Shown piece after piece: positions 16,541-24,069 of a stretch of 28,509 nt of DNA. The DNA comes from Clostridia bacterium (GTDB lineage: Bacteria; Bacillota; Clostridia; Christensenellales; CAG-138). The stretch is taken from assembly GCA_035561055.1 (NCBI GenBank), contig DATMYG010000189.1, positions 1 to 28,509 of the forward strand. The letters are read 5' to 3'. The position numbers and the translations under genes were made by a program. The first letter of the stretch is position 1; each line of letters opens with the position of its first letter. The notes beneath the pieces are model-generated. The model saw nothing but the letters and a program-made list of their open reading frames with translations, made no database searches and had not been told where the DNA came from.

Positions 16541-17233
16541 TTACGACTGGGCGATCAGCCTTGGCGTAAAGCCGATATGGTCGGCCGAACAGAGCATGTA
16601 GGACACCCCGCCGCGCTTGCCCTCGAAGGCGGAAGCGCACGCCTTGTCGTGCAGATGGCCGTACACGACCGTCTCCACGCCGTGGCTTTCGAGCAATGAC
16701 GTGAAGCCGGATGACATTCTTTTCTCATTAAACGGTGGAAAATGTAACATCGCGAGCAGGCGCTCCCCCGGTTTTGCGGCGTCGAGCGAAAGCCCAAGGC
16801 GGATCAATTCGCGCTCGTAAATGCCCCTGTCCTCCTCCTCCGAGAAGCCTGCGCTTCCGGGGCAGACCCAGCCGCGGGAGCCTGCAAACGCAAAATCTCC
16901 AAAGTGGAACGCGTCGTTCTGCAGCGCGAAACAGCCCTCCGGCAGGAGGGCGCGCACCTTGGATATGGAATTCCACCAATAATCGTGATTGCCACGCAGA
17001 AGAAGCTTCGTTCCTGGAAGGGAGCCGATGAAGGCGAGGTCTTCGCGTACATCCTCGAGGCGCATCGCCCAGCTGATGTCGCCGGGGACGAGCACAAGGT
17101 CATGGCTCTCGACCGTATCCCGCCAGGCTTCCCTGATGCGGGTGGGATGATCGTCCCACGCGTGGCCGAAGACGTCCATCGGCTTTTCGGAATTACCCGG
17201 CAAATGCAGATCTCCGATGCAGTAGACCTTCAT
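16541..17233 (-). CDS. Calcineurin-like metallophosphoesterase (230 aa)
   Basis: All five family motifs: IGDLH, PGDISW, RGNHDYW, MLHFPP and YGHLH. Confidence 0.9.
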   Translation of the reverse strand: MKVYCIGDLHLPGNSEKPMDVFGHAWDDHPTRIREAWRDTVESHDLVLVPGDISWAMRLEDVREDLAFIGSLPGTKLLLRGNHDYWWNSISKVRALLPEGCFALQNDAFHFGDFAFAGSRGWVCPGSAGFSEEEDRGIYERELIRLGLSLDAAKPGERLLAMLHFPPFNEKRMSSGFTSLLESHGVETVVYGHLHDKACASAFEGKRGGVSYMLCSADHIGFTPRLIAQS

Positions 17234-17236
17234 CGC

Positions 17237-17635
17237 TTAATTGTCGCCGCCGTCGTCGCCGTCCGCATCGTCCTCGTCCTCGTCACCAAGCTCCTTGTCG
17301 ATCTCATCCAGCTCGCTTTCCGGGATTTCCCCGTCCGCGGGCAGGGGCACCTCGATCTCGTCGAGCGCGACCGCCGCGATGGGCATGTTGATCTGATCGG
17401 GCGTACGGATCTCCTCGGCGGCCTCCGCCAGTTTTTCCTGACGGCGCGCTTCGCGCAGGCAAATCGCACACAGCTCGCTGCCTTTGACGACGGAATTCTC
17501 ACCGCACTCCACGCATATCTGGACCGCTTCCTCGGATTCGCCTTCCCCCTTCATTTCCCGCTTGCAGACCTCGCAGTATTTTTCTCCCTCGCGGATATAG
17601 TTGAGCTCGCAGCGCGGGCATTTACGAAGAGCCAT
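17237..17635 (-). CDS. Hypothetical protein with two CxxC-x11-CxxC zinc-binding modules and an acidic tail (132 aa)
   Basis: RBS GGAGG 8 nt before the ATG and its own promoter. Cys at 6, 9, 21, 24 and 41, 44, 56, 59. The stop lies 3 nt before the phosphoesterase ATG. Confidence 0.85.
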   Translation of the reverse strand: MALRKCPRCELNYIREGEKYCEVCKREMKGEGESEEAVQICVECGENSVVKGSELCAICLREARRQEKLAEAAEEIRTPDQINMPIAAVALDEIEVPLPADGEIPESELDEIDKELGDEDEDDADGDDGGDN

Positions 17636-17670
17636 CGATCGTTCCTCCGGGATGGTTTTTTTACTCCACT

Positions 17671-17699
17671 ATTATGCGGAGACACTATACTTATGTCAA
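17671..17699 (-). promoter_or_regulatory. sigmaA promoter for the Zn-finger/phosphoesterase pair
   Basis: TTGACA (17699..17694), 17-nt spacer, CATAAT (17676..17671). Confidence 0.75.
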
Positions 17700-17711
17700 G
17701 TGCGATTTGCC

Positions 17712-18329
17712 TTAATTTTTCTGGTTATTGGGGAGATTTGCGGCGTCCGCGGCGATGGCGCCGATGCGCTCGACAAGCTCGTCCTTCCCCTCGCCCGTTT
17801 CGGAGGAATAAGCGACGGCGTACGGGGGCGCGCCGAGCAGCTTCGCGGCGGCACGCGCAGCCTGGGCGCGCTTAGCTTTGGCGATTTTATCCGCCTTCAT
17901 CGCGATCAGCGTGAAGGGCACGCCGTAGTAGATGATCCACTGGAGCATCTGGCGGTCCCCGGCGGTGGGTTCGTGGCGGATGTCGATGAGAAGGAAGATA
18001 TGCGTGACCGCACCGGAGGAAAGGTAGCTTTCGATCAGCCCCGCCCAGCGTTCCTGCTCGACCTTTGATACTTTGGCATAGCCGTAGCCCGGAAGATCGA
18101 CAAGGTAGAAGGCGCCGTCGTTGACATCGTAAAAATTGATAAGCCGGGTTTTGCCCGGGCTTGCCGAGATGCGCGCGAGCTTGTTGTTTGAACAAAGAGA
18201 GTTGATAAGGCTGGATTTGCCGACGTTCGAGCGGCCCACCATCGCGATGTGCACGCCCGAAGGCCAGTCGGTTCCTCCAGCCCCAACGCTTTTTAAAAAC
18301 GATGCTTTTTTGATCTGGAAGTCGCTCAC
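17712..18329 (-). CDS. engB: Ribosome-biogenesis GTPase EngB/YihA/YsxC (205 aa, GTG start)
   Basis: G1 GRSNVGKSS, G2 PGKTR, G3 DLPGYG, and G4 variant MKADK. GTGA overlap with the lon stop; the lon-ysxC pairing is conserved in Firmicutes. Confidence 0.95.
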   Translation of the reverse strand: MSDFQIKKASFLKSVGAGGTDWPSGVHIAMVGRSNVGKSSLINSLCSNNKLARISASPGKTRLINFYDVNDGAFYLVDLPGYGYAKVSKVEQERWAGLIESYLSSGAVTHIFLLIDIRHEPTAGDRQMLQWIIYYGVPFTLIAMKADKIAKAKRAQAARAAAKLLGAPPYAVAYSSETGEGKDELVERIGAIAADAANLPNNQKN

Positions 18330-20713
18330 TGTACGGCTCCCGTGACCGCGTTCTGCTGAACGGGCACGAATTTGCCCCCTTTCGGCTTCTCTCCCCCGCC
18401 CGGCAGTTGCGCGAGCGCGAGCAGGAGCACCTTCGAGGCGCTGTCCACGAAGCGGATCGTGAGCGCGTCGCGGATCTGCGCGGGGATCTCCTCAATGTCC
18501 TTGCGGTTGGCTTCGGGCACGATGACCTCCTTGATCCCGGCGCGTACCGCGGCAAGCAGCTTCTCGCGAAGGCCGCCGATGGCCAGCACATGGCCGCGCA
18601 GCGTGATTTCGCCCGTCATCGCGATACCCGCGCGGACCGGCACGCCCGTGAGCGCGCTCGCCATGGCGGTCATGATCGTAATGCCGGCGCTCGGGCCGTC
18701 CTTGGGAACCGCGCCTTCGGGCACATGGATGTGGATATCCCTGTTCCCAAGCGCGATATCGATGCCGTACGCGTCGGCGTGCGCCTTAATGAAGGTCAGC
18801 GCCGCGCGGGCGCTCTCCTGCATGACCTCGCCGAGCTTGCCCGTGAGGATCACCTGGCCGCAGCCTGGGATCACCTGCGCTTCCACCTGAAGCAGTTCGC
18901 CGCCCGCGCTGGTCCACGCGAGGCCGTTCACCATGCCGATGGCGCTTTCCTTCTCTGCTGCGCTGTGGGTGAAGCGCGGAATGCCGAGGTATTCATGAAG
19001 CCTCTGCGGCGTCACGCGCACGCGCTTCTTGCCCGCGCCAATCTCGCAGGCCGCCTTGCGGCAAACCGCCGCGAGCATGCGCTCGAGTTCGCGCACGCCC
19101 GCCTCCCGCGTATAACCGCGGATAAGGGCGAGCATGGCCTCGTCGGATAAGCTCATCATGCTCTTCTTCATGCCGTGCATATCCATCTGCTTGGGCAGCA
19201 GGTGGCGCTTGGCGATTTCGAGCTTTTCGTATTCCATATAGCCCTGCAGCTCGATGAGTTCCATGCGGTCGAGCAGAGGCCGGGGGATCATATCCGCCGC
19301 GTTCGCGGTCGTGATGAACATGACCTTGGAGAGGTCGTAGTCCACCTCGAGGAAATGGTCGCGGAAGGAGAAGTTCTGCGCGCTGTCGAGCACCTCCAGC
19401 ATGGCCGCGGCGGGATCCCCGCGAAGGTCGCTGGTAAGCTTGTCGATCTCGTCGAAGAGAAGCACGGGGTTCACCGTGCCCGCTTTGCGCATGGCGGCGA
19501 TGACGCGGCCCGGCATGGCACCGATGTAGGTGCGGCGATGGCCGCGAATCTCGGCCTCGTCGTGGATGCCGCCGAGGCTCATGCGCACAAAATTGCGTCC
19601 AAGCGCCCGCGCGATGGAGCTGGCGATGCTGGTTTTACCTACGCCCGGAGGGCCGACGAGGCAGAGGATCTGCCCGTTGATTTTGCCCGTGAGCCGCGCC
19701 ACGGCGATGTGCTCGACGATGCGCTGCTTGACCTTCTCGAGGCCGTAGTGGTCCTCGTCGAGGATCCTCTTCGCGCGCTCGAGGTCGAGGTCGTCCCGGG
19801 TCTGCTCGTTCCAGGGCAGCTCCAGCATGCATTCGATGTAATTGTGCATCTGCGGCGCTTCGTGGGAGCCCGCGGGAAGGTCGCGGAAGCGGTTGATTTC
19901 GCGCTCGAGGGTCTTTTTAACGGCCTCGGGCATTACTTTTTTCTCAAGCTTCGCGAGAAACGCATCCGTCTCGCTCTCTTCGTCCTCGCCAAGCTCGCGG
20001 CGGATGACCTTCATCTGCTCGCGCAGGAAGTATTCCTTTTGGTTTTTATCGATGTTCTGCTTAACCTCCTGCTGGATGCGGCGGTCGATGCGCATAATTT
20101 CGGTTTCGGCGATGACGGCGGCAAGCACATATTTCATGCGCTCCTCCACGTCAAGCTGCTCGAGCACGTTCTGCCGCTGCTCCGCCTTGGTCATGACGGC
20201 GTTCGCCACGGCGTCCGTAAACTGCGCAACGCCCTCCGTGCGCGCGATGGCCTCGAGCGCGTCGCTGCTCACGCGCGTGGAAATGCCCGCGTATTCGGAG
20301 AGCGCGGAATCGAGCCTGCGGCGCAGCGCCTCCGCGACGACGGCATCCGCTGGGATCTCGCGGATGGTCCGTATGGCCGCGGTCATATACTCACCCGTAC
20401 GGTAGGCGTATGCGTCTGCCCTGATGATGCCCTGCACGAGCACGCGCACGGTATCCCCGGGCAGGTTGAGCGTCTGCCGCACGCGGCAGACCGTGCCCAT
20501 TTCATAGAGATCTTCGCCCGTGACCTCGTTTTTGCGCGCATCTTTTTGCGAGCTGATGAACACCAGCCCGTCCTTCTGCGCCGCCGCGGCAAGCGCCTTG
20601 CGGCTTTCGCTGCGGCCCGCGTCGAAATGTAAAAGCTCGCCGGGCAGCACGACCAGCCCCCTGAGGGGTACGACCGGCATGCGCGTGTCCTGTGCGATCA
20701 TAATGGTTTCCAA
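18326..20713 (-). CDS. lon: ATP-dependent protease La (about 795 aa; TTG 20713 fits the RBS)
   Basis: N-domain PVVPLRG, LDEDHYGLEKVKQRI, Walker A GPPGVGKT, RRTYIGAMPGR, Walker B LLFDEIDK, catalytic Ser in PKDGPSAG, and Lys in GGLREKLLAA. Confidence 0.98.
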   Translation of the reverse strand: METIMIAQDTRMPVVPLRGLVVLPGELLHFDAGRSESRKALAAAAQKDGLVFISSQKDARKNEVTGEDLYEMGTVCRVRQTLNLPGDTVRVLVQGIIRADAYAYRTGEYMTAAIRTIREIPADAVVAEALRRRLDSALSEYAGISTRVSSDALEAIARTEGVAQFTDAVANAVMTKAEQRQNVLEQLDVEERMKYVLAAVIAETEIMRIDRRIQQEVKQNIDKNQKEYFLREQMKVIRRELGEDEESETDAFLAKLEKKVMPEAVKKTLEREINRFRDLPAGSHEAPQMHNYIECMLELPWNEQTRDDLDLERAKRILDEDHYGLEKVKQRIVEHIAVARLTGKINGQILCLVGPPGVGKTSIASSIARALGRNFVRMSLGGIHDEAEIRGHRRTYIGAMPGRVIAAMRKAGTVNPVLLFDEIDKLTSDLRGDPAAAMLEVLDSAQNFSFRDHFLEVDYDLSKVMFITTANAADMIPRPLLDRMELIELQGYMEYEKLEIAKRHLLPKQMDMHGMKKSMMSLSDEAMLALIRGYTREAGVRELERMLAAVCRKAACEIGAGKKRVRVTPQRLHEYLGIPRFTHSAAEKESAIGMVNGLAWTSAGGELLQVEAQVIPGCGQVILTGKLGEVMQESARAALTFIKAHADAYGIDIALGNRDIHIHVPEGAVPKDGPSAGITIMTAMASALTGVPVRAGIAMTGEITLRGHVLAIGGLREKLLAAVRAGIKEVIVPEANRKDIEEIPAQIRDALTIRFVDSASKVLLLALAQLPGGGEKPKGGKFVPVQQNAVTGAVQ

Positions 20714-20768
20714 AAGGGTATCCTCTCTTCCCGGCGGGTCCATTCCGTGTCTTTCCGCCGCCGTTACA

Positions 20769-20797
20769 ATTATACTTATAAAACCGGCTTATGACAA
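20769..20797 (-). promoter_or_regulatory. sigmaA promoter for lon
   Basis: TTGTCA (20797..20792), 17-nt spacer, TATAAT (20774..20769). Confidence 0.75.
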
Positions 20798-20834
20798 CAA
20801 TATGGCGGCAGTGGGAATTTGGGGTTAATGTTAT

Positions 20835-21971
20835 TTATAGGCTCAACAAGCGCATATATGCCTCAATTGCTGGCAAAAGCGCGCTTTCGTCAAAGAACAT
20901 GCGCGGCGTGTGCAGTGCGTCCACATCCTCGCCGACTCCCGTAAAAACGAATAAACCTTTCGTTTTGCGCTGATAAAAGCTGAAATCTTCCGAAATGCAG
21001 GCGCGCTCCGCCTCCATCGCCGCGTCGCCGGCGGCCGCGCGGTACTCGCACGCGAGCTCGGCGTCGTTGACAACGGCGAGGTAGTCCGGCCCTTCGAACT
21101 CGAGCCTAGCCGTAACGCCGAAGGCGTGCTCGACGGCCTCCATCATGCCGCGGATGCCCGCCATCATCGCGTCATACACGGCGTCCGTGAATGTACGCAT
21201 GGTGCAGGTCAGTTTGACCTCGTCGCAGATGATGTTCCTGCGCATGCCTCCCGAGACTGTGCCGATGGTAAGAACCGCGTTCTCCATGGGGTCGATTTTT
21301 CTTGACACCAGCGTTTCGAGCATGACAACGAGCTGGGCCGCCGCGACGATGGCGTCGTTGCCAAGGTGCGGCTTCGCGCCGTGCGCGCTCCTGCCGCGTA
21401 TAGTGAGATTAAGCCCCGTCGCGCGCGCCATCAGGGGACCCTCACGCAGCGCAAGCTTGCCTGCCGGAATACCCGGGTAAATGTGGAAGCCGAAGATCCG
21501 ATCGACATGCGGATCCTCGAGCGCGCCCTCCTCGATCATTTTGATCGCGCCAAGCTGCCCTTCTTCCGCGGGCTGGAAGAGGAAGACGACGTTCTCCCGA
21601 AGCTCCGCCCTATGTTTTGCCACGAGCTGTGCCGTGACGAGCGCCGCGGCCATATGCGCGTCGTGTCCGCAAGCGTGCATGTAGCCCGGGTTGCGGGAAG
21701 CGAAAGGCAAACCCGTATCCTCGACGACGGGCAGCGCGTCCATGTCCGCGCGGAACGCCGTCGTGCGCGCCGGTTCCTTGGCGAAGAAAACGGCTTTCAC
21801 GCCCGTACCGGCAAGGCGGACAAGCCTGTCCGGCGCGAGCGCGGACAGAGTATTGTAAATATACTGCGAGGTTTCGAATTCGCAAAGCCCGTCCTCGGGC
21901 ATCGTGTGGAGCTGCCTTCTTACGCGCGTAAGCTCCGGCAGGATCGATTGTACTTCGCTTCTGATGTGCAT
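20835..21971 (-). CDS. M20 family amidohydrolase (M20D; N-acetyl-diaminopimelate deacetylase/hippurate hydrolase-like; 378 aa)
   Basis: RRQLHTMPE, FRADMDALP, MHACGHDAH, FQPAEEG, FHIYP, SEDFSFY and LHTP. RBS GGAGG. The substrate cannot be determined from the sequence. Confidence 0.88.
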   Translation of the reverse strand: MHIRSEVQSILPELTRVRRQLHTMPEDGLCEFETSQYIYNTLSALAPDRLVRLAGTGVKAVFFAKEPARTTAFRADMDALPVVEDTGLPFASRNPGYMHACGHDAHMAAALVTAQLVAKHRAELRENVVFLFQPAEEGQLGAIKMIEEGALEDPHVDRIFGFHIYPGIPAGKLALREGPLMARATGLNLTIRGRSAHGAKPHLGNDAIVAAAQLVVMLETLVSRKIDPMENAVLTIGTVSGGMRRNIICDEVKLTCTMRTFTDAVYDAMMAGIRGMMEAVEHAFGVTARLEFEGPDYLAVVNDAELACEYRAAAGDAAMEAERACISEDFSFYQRKTKGLFVFTGVGEDVDALHTPRMFFDESALLPAIEAYMRLLSL

Positions 21972-21998
21972 GCTTCGCCTCCGATGATTGCTACGCGT

Positions 21999-22028
21999 AG
22001 TATATCATCCAAGGCGTGCCGCGCGCAA
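21999..22028 (-). promoter_or_regulatory. Putative promoter of the amidohydrolase gene
   Basis: TTGCGC (22028..22023), 18-nt spacer, extended TG-N-TATACT (22004..21999). Confidence 0.5.
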
Positions 22029-22034
22029 TCGCGC

Positions 22035-22247
22035 TTACTGGAACTTCACCTCAAGCGGCTCGTAGCCCGCGTCCCTGACGGCGTTTTCAAGCGTTTCCTT
22101 CGAGACTTCCTTCGAGATCGTGAGCTCGGCGGATTTTGCCGCGAGATCGACCTTCGCGGCTACGCCGTCGATGGCGTTAAGCGCCTTTTCGACGTGCATC
22201 TTGCAGTGATTACACGTCATGCCGTTGATTTTCATCGTCGCTTTCAT
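22035..22247 (-). CDS. copZ: Heavy-metal-associated (HMA) copper chaperone, CopZ-like (70 aa; ATG 22247)
   Basis: GMTCNHC metal-binding motif and V..AGY C-terminus. RBS GGAGG 7 nt upstream. Confidence 0.88.
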   Translation of the reverse strand: MKATMKINGMTCNHCKMHVEKALNAIDGVAAKVDLAAKSAELTISKEVSKETLENAVRDAGYEPLEVKFQ

Positions 22248-22292
22248 ATTATTTCCTCCATGCGTTTTCATTCGTATTTATGCTTCGGTTTC

Positions 22293-22346
22293 TTTACAAG
22301 CTTTCTTTTCATGCTATGATTATATCATGCGCGATACGATCGTAAA
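22293..22346. promoter_or_regulatory. Overlapping divergent extended -10 promoters (copZ / QueG-like gene)
   Basis: + strand TTTACA (22293-22298), 16-nt spacer, TG-N-TATGAT (22315-22320). Minus strand TG-N-TATAAT (22324..22319) with TTTACG (22346..22341). Confidence 0.55.
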
Positions 22347-23226
22347 AGCTGCGCGCGAACACGGGTTCGCGGCTGCATATTTCCTCGCCCCCCTGCCCCT
22401 CCCGCGCTGGCGGGACAGGGCTTCGCTTTCGCATACCGCGAGCGGCATGGACTGGGACGTGCCTTCGGCTTTTCCGAAGGCGACCTGCGTCGTCCTGCTC
22501 GTCGGGGCGTATTTGCCGTATGCGCGGGAGGATGCGATCCTCCCCTACTATATTGCGGAGAACAAGGGATATTTCGAAGCGAAAACGCTCGCGAAGGAAA
22601 TCGCCGCTGAGGGTTTCTACTGCGAAAGCGCCTGGCTCCCGGCGCGCGCGCTCGCGCTGGAAAACGGCGTGGGCTCGCTGTGCCGAAGCGGCCTTCTCAC
22701 CCTGCCGGAATACGGCACGCGCACCGCGCTTTTCACGCTCGCGACGGACGCGTGCGGGCCCTGCGCGTACGAAGCCGCAGATTCTTCCTGCCCGAAAGGC
22801 TGCGATCTGTGCGCGCGCGCCTGCCCGACGGGCGCGATATCCGAATCCGGGCTCGACGCGACAAAGTGCCTTCGTTATCATATGGACGGCGCGGCGCATC
22901 CTTTGTTTGTGCTTGAGAAGATGACGTCCTTTCTCGGCTGCGACATATGCCAGCGCGTCTGCCCCCACAACGCGGTGCTTGAAAAGGCCGAACCTTCTGA
23001 AGAAACATGCGCCGCGTTCGACCTGCGCCGCCTGATATTGGGTGAAACGAAACAGGCGCGCGCGCTCGTCGGCAGGAACGTTACGGGCGGCGGCAAGCTC
23101 ACGGTCGAGGCGATCGCGCTCGCCGCTCGGGAGCGCATGTATGAAGCGGAGATACGCGCGGCGCTCGCATCCCCGCATCCGGCCGTGCGGGAAACGGCGA
23201 GATGGGCGCTGGAAAAGAATTTCTGA
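22327..23226 (+). CDS. Epoxyqueuosine reductase (QueG)-like 4Fe-4S protein (299 aa; ATG 22327)
   Basis: CPKGCDLCARACPTGAI, KCLRY and GCDICQRVCPHN Fe-S motifs, plus a C-terminal HEAT-like HPAVRETARWAL. Same architecture as QueG but divergent. Confidence 0.75.
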   Translation: MRDTIVKAAREHGFAAAYFLAPLPLPRWRDRASLSHTASGMDWDVPSAFPKATCVVLLVGAYLPYAREDAILPYYIAENKGYFEAKTLAKEIAAEGFYCESAWLPARALALENGVGSLCRSGLLTLPEYGTRTALFTLATDACGPCAYEAADSSCPKGCDLCARACPTGAISESGLDATKCLRYHMDGAAHPLFVLEKMTSFLGCDICQRVCPHNAVLEKAEPSEETCAAFDLRRLILGETKQARALVGRNVTGGGKLTVEAIALAARERMYEAEIRAALASPHPAVRETARWALEKNF

Positions 23227-23235
23227 CTTTTTTTC

Positions 23236-23264
23236 TTGCAAAGCGCGCACAGAATGGATACAAT
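23236..23264 (+). promoter_or_regulatory. sigmaA promoter of the SRP RNA
   Basis: TTGCAA (23236-23241), 17-nt spacer, TACAAT (23259-23264); predicted +1 at about 23270. Confidence 0.8.
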
Positions 23265-23267
23265 GTC

Positions 23268-23543
23268 TTTGCCGCGCTAGGCGGGGAGTTAGCGGTGCCC
23301 TATACCTGCAATCCGCTACAGCAGGGCACAATTCCCGTTCCGAGGCCCGGGCCTGTGGGGTCCGGAATCGGCAAGGAGCGTTGATGGCCGGGTCCCGTGC
23401 AATCGGAGACCGTGAACCATGTCAGGTCCTGACGGAAGCAGCATTAAGCGGATACGCCGATGTGCCGCGGGAAAGCCTGGCCGGAGCCACCTGCCCGAGA
23501 TACCGCCCGGAGGCCCGCAAGGTCGAAGAACGGGTGCGCGGCA
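23268..23543 (+). ncRNA. ffs: Large bacterial signal recognition particle RNA (scRNA, Alu plus S domains)
   Basis: The 5' end TTTGCCGCGCTAGGCGGGGAG.TAGCGGTGCCCT.TACCTGCAATCCGCT matches the Bacillus scRNA Alu domain. S-domain core GAACCATGTCAGGTCC-N4-GGAAGCAGCATTAAG. 5'/3' closing helix TGCCGCGC/GCGCGGCA. Confidence 0.96.
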
Positions 23544-23546
23544 TTC

Positions 23547-23574
23547 AAAAAAAGCCTGACGAGAGGCTTTTTTT
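23547..23574. terminator. Intrinsic (bidirectional-type) terminator of the SRP RNA
   Basis: AAAAAAAGCCT-GACGAG-AGGCTTTTTTT. Confidence 0.9.
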
Positions 23575-23593
23575 GTTTTTCCGCCCGAACGGG

Positions 23594-23634
23594 ATAAATA
23601 AGGCGCGGACGCATCTTATCGATTCGTTCGCGCC
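23594..23634 (-). terminator. Probable terminator of the YegP-family gene
   Basis: Minus strand GGCGCGAACG...CGTCCGCGCC (one mismatch) followed by TTATTTAT. Confidence 0.55.
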
Positions 23635-23652
23635 GCGATTTTGTGGATTACC

Positions 23653-24024
23653 TTAATCCTCTTTCTCGACCTTCGCCTCGGGCGCGTTCTTCTTGACGCT
23701 CTCGATGCCGTTTATGCAACCGGGCTTTGCCTTGTAGCCCTCGGAAACCGCGATGATCTCGCCGTTGGTGGCCTTGAGGCGGAAGCGGAACTCGCCCGCC
23801 TTGTCGGCATAGACCTCAAACTTGGGGTGCTTTTCAGCCTTGTAACCCTCGATAGTCTGATCCTCGATAGCAGCCGCGGGGGCGTTTTTCTTAACGCTTT
23901 CGATGCCCTTGATGCACGCGGCCTCGGTGGTGTACACCTCGGAGGTGGCGATTGTTTCCCCGTTGGCCGCCTTGAGATTGAACTTATAGCCGCTGGAACC
24001 TTGCTTAATAACGAATTTGCCCAT
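23653..24024 (-). CDS. YegP/UPF0339 family protein, two DUF1508 repeats (123 aa)
   Basis: Internal duplication F.LKA.NGE.IA.SE.Y......I.GIESVKKNAP x2. RBS AAAGGAG. Confidence 0.9.
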   Translation of the reverse strand: MGKFVIKQGSSGYKFNLKAANGETIATSEVYTTEAACIKGIESVKKNAPAAAIEDQTIEGYKAEKHPKFEVYADKAGEFRFRLKATNGEIIAVSEGYKAKPGCINGIESVKKNAPEAKVEKED

Positions 24025-24069
24025 GATATCGCTCCTTTCAAATCTTTAGCATCCCGCTTTATTTCCATA

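Noticed and set aside
19175-20632. 485-aa plus-strand ORF antisense to lon, and similar shadows over ftsA, rsmH, murD and the PBP gene
   Set aside because: Same antisense-shadow artefact: each is fully overlapped by a gene with clear motifs.
22219-22326. Hydrophobic 36-aa extension of the QueG-like ORF that looks like a signal or TM segment
   Set aside because: It overlaps the copZ start and RBS on the other strand and the AT-rich promoter. The hydrophobicity simply reflects T-rich intergenic DNA.
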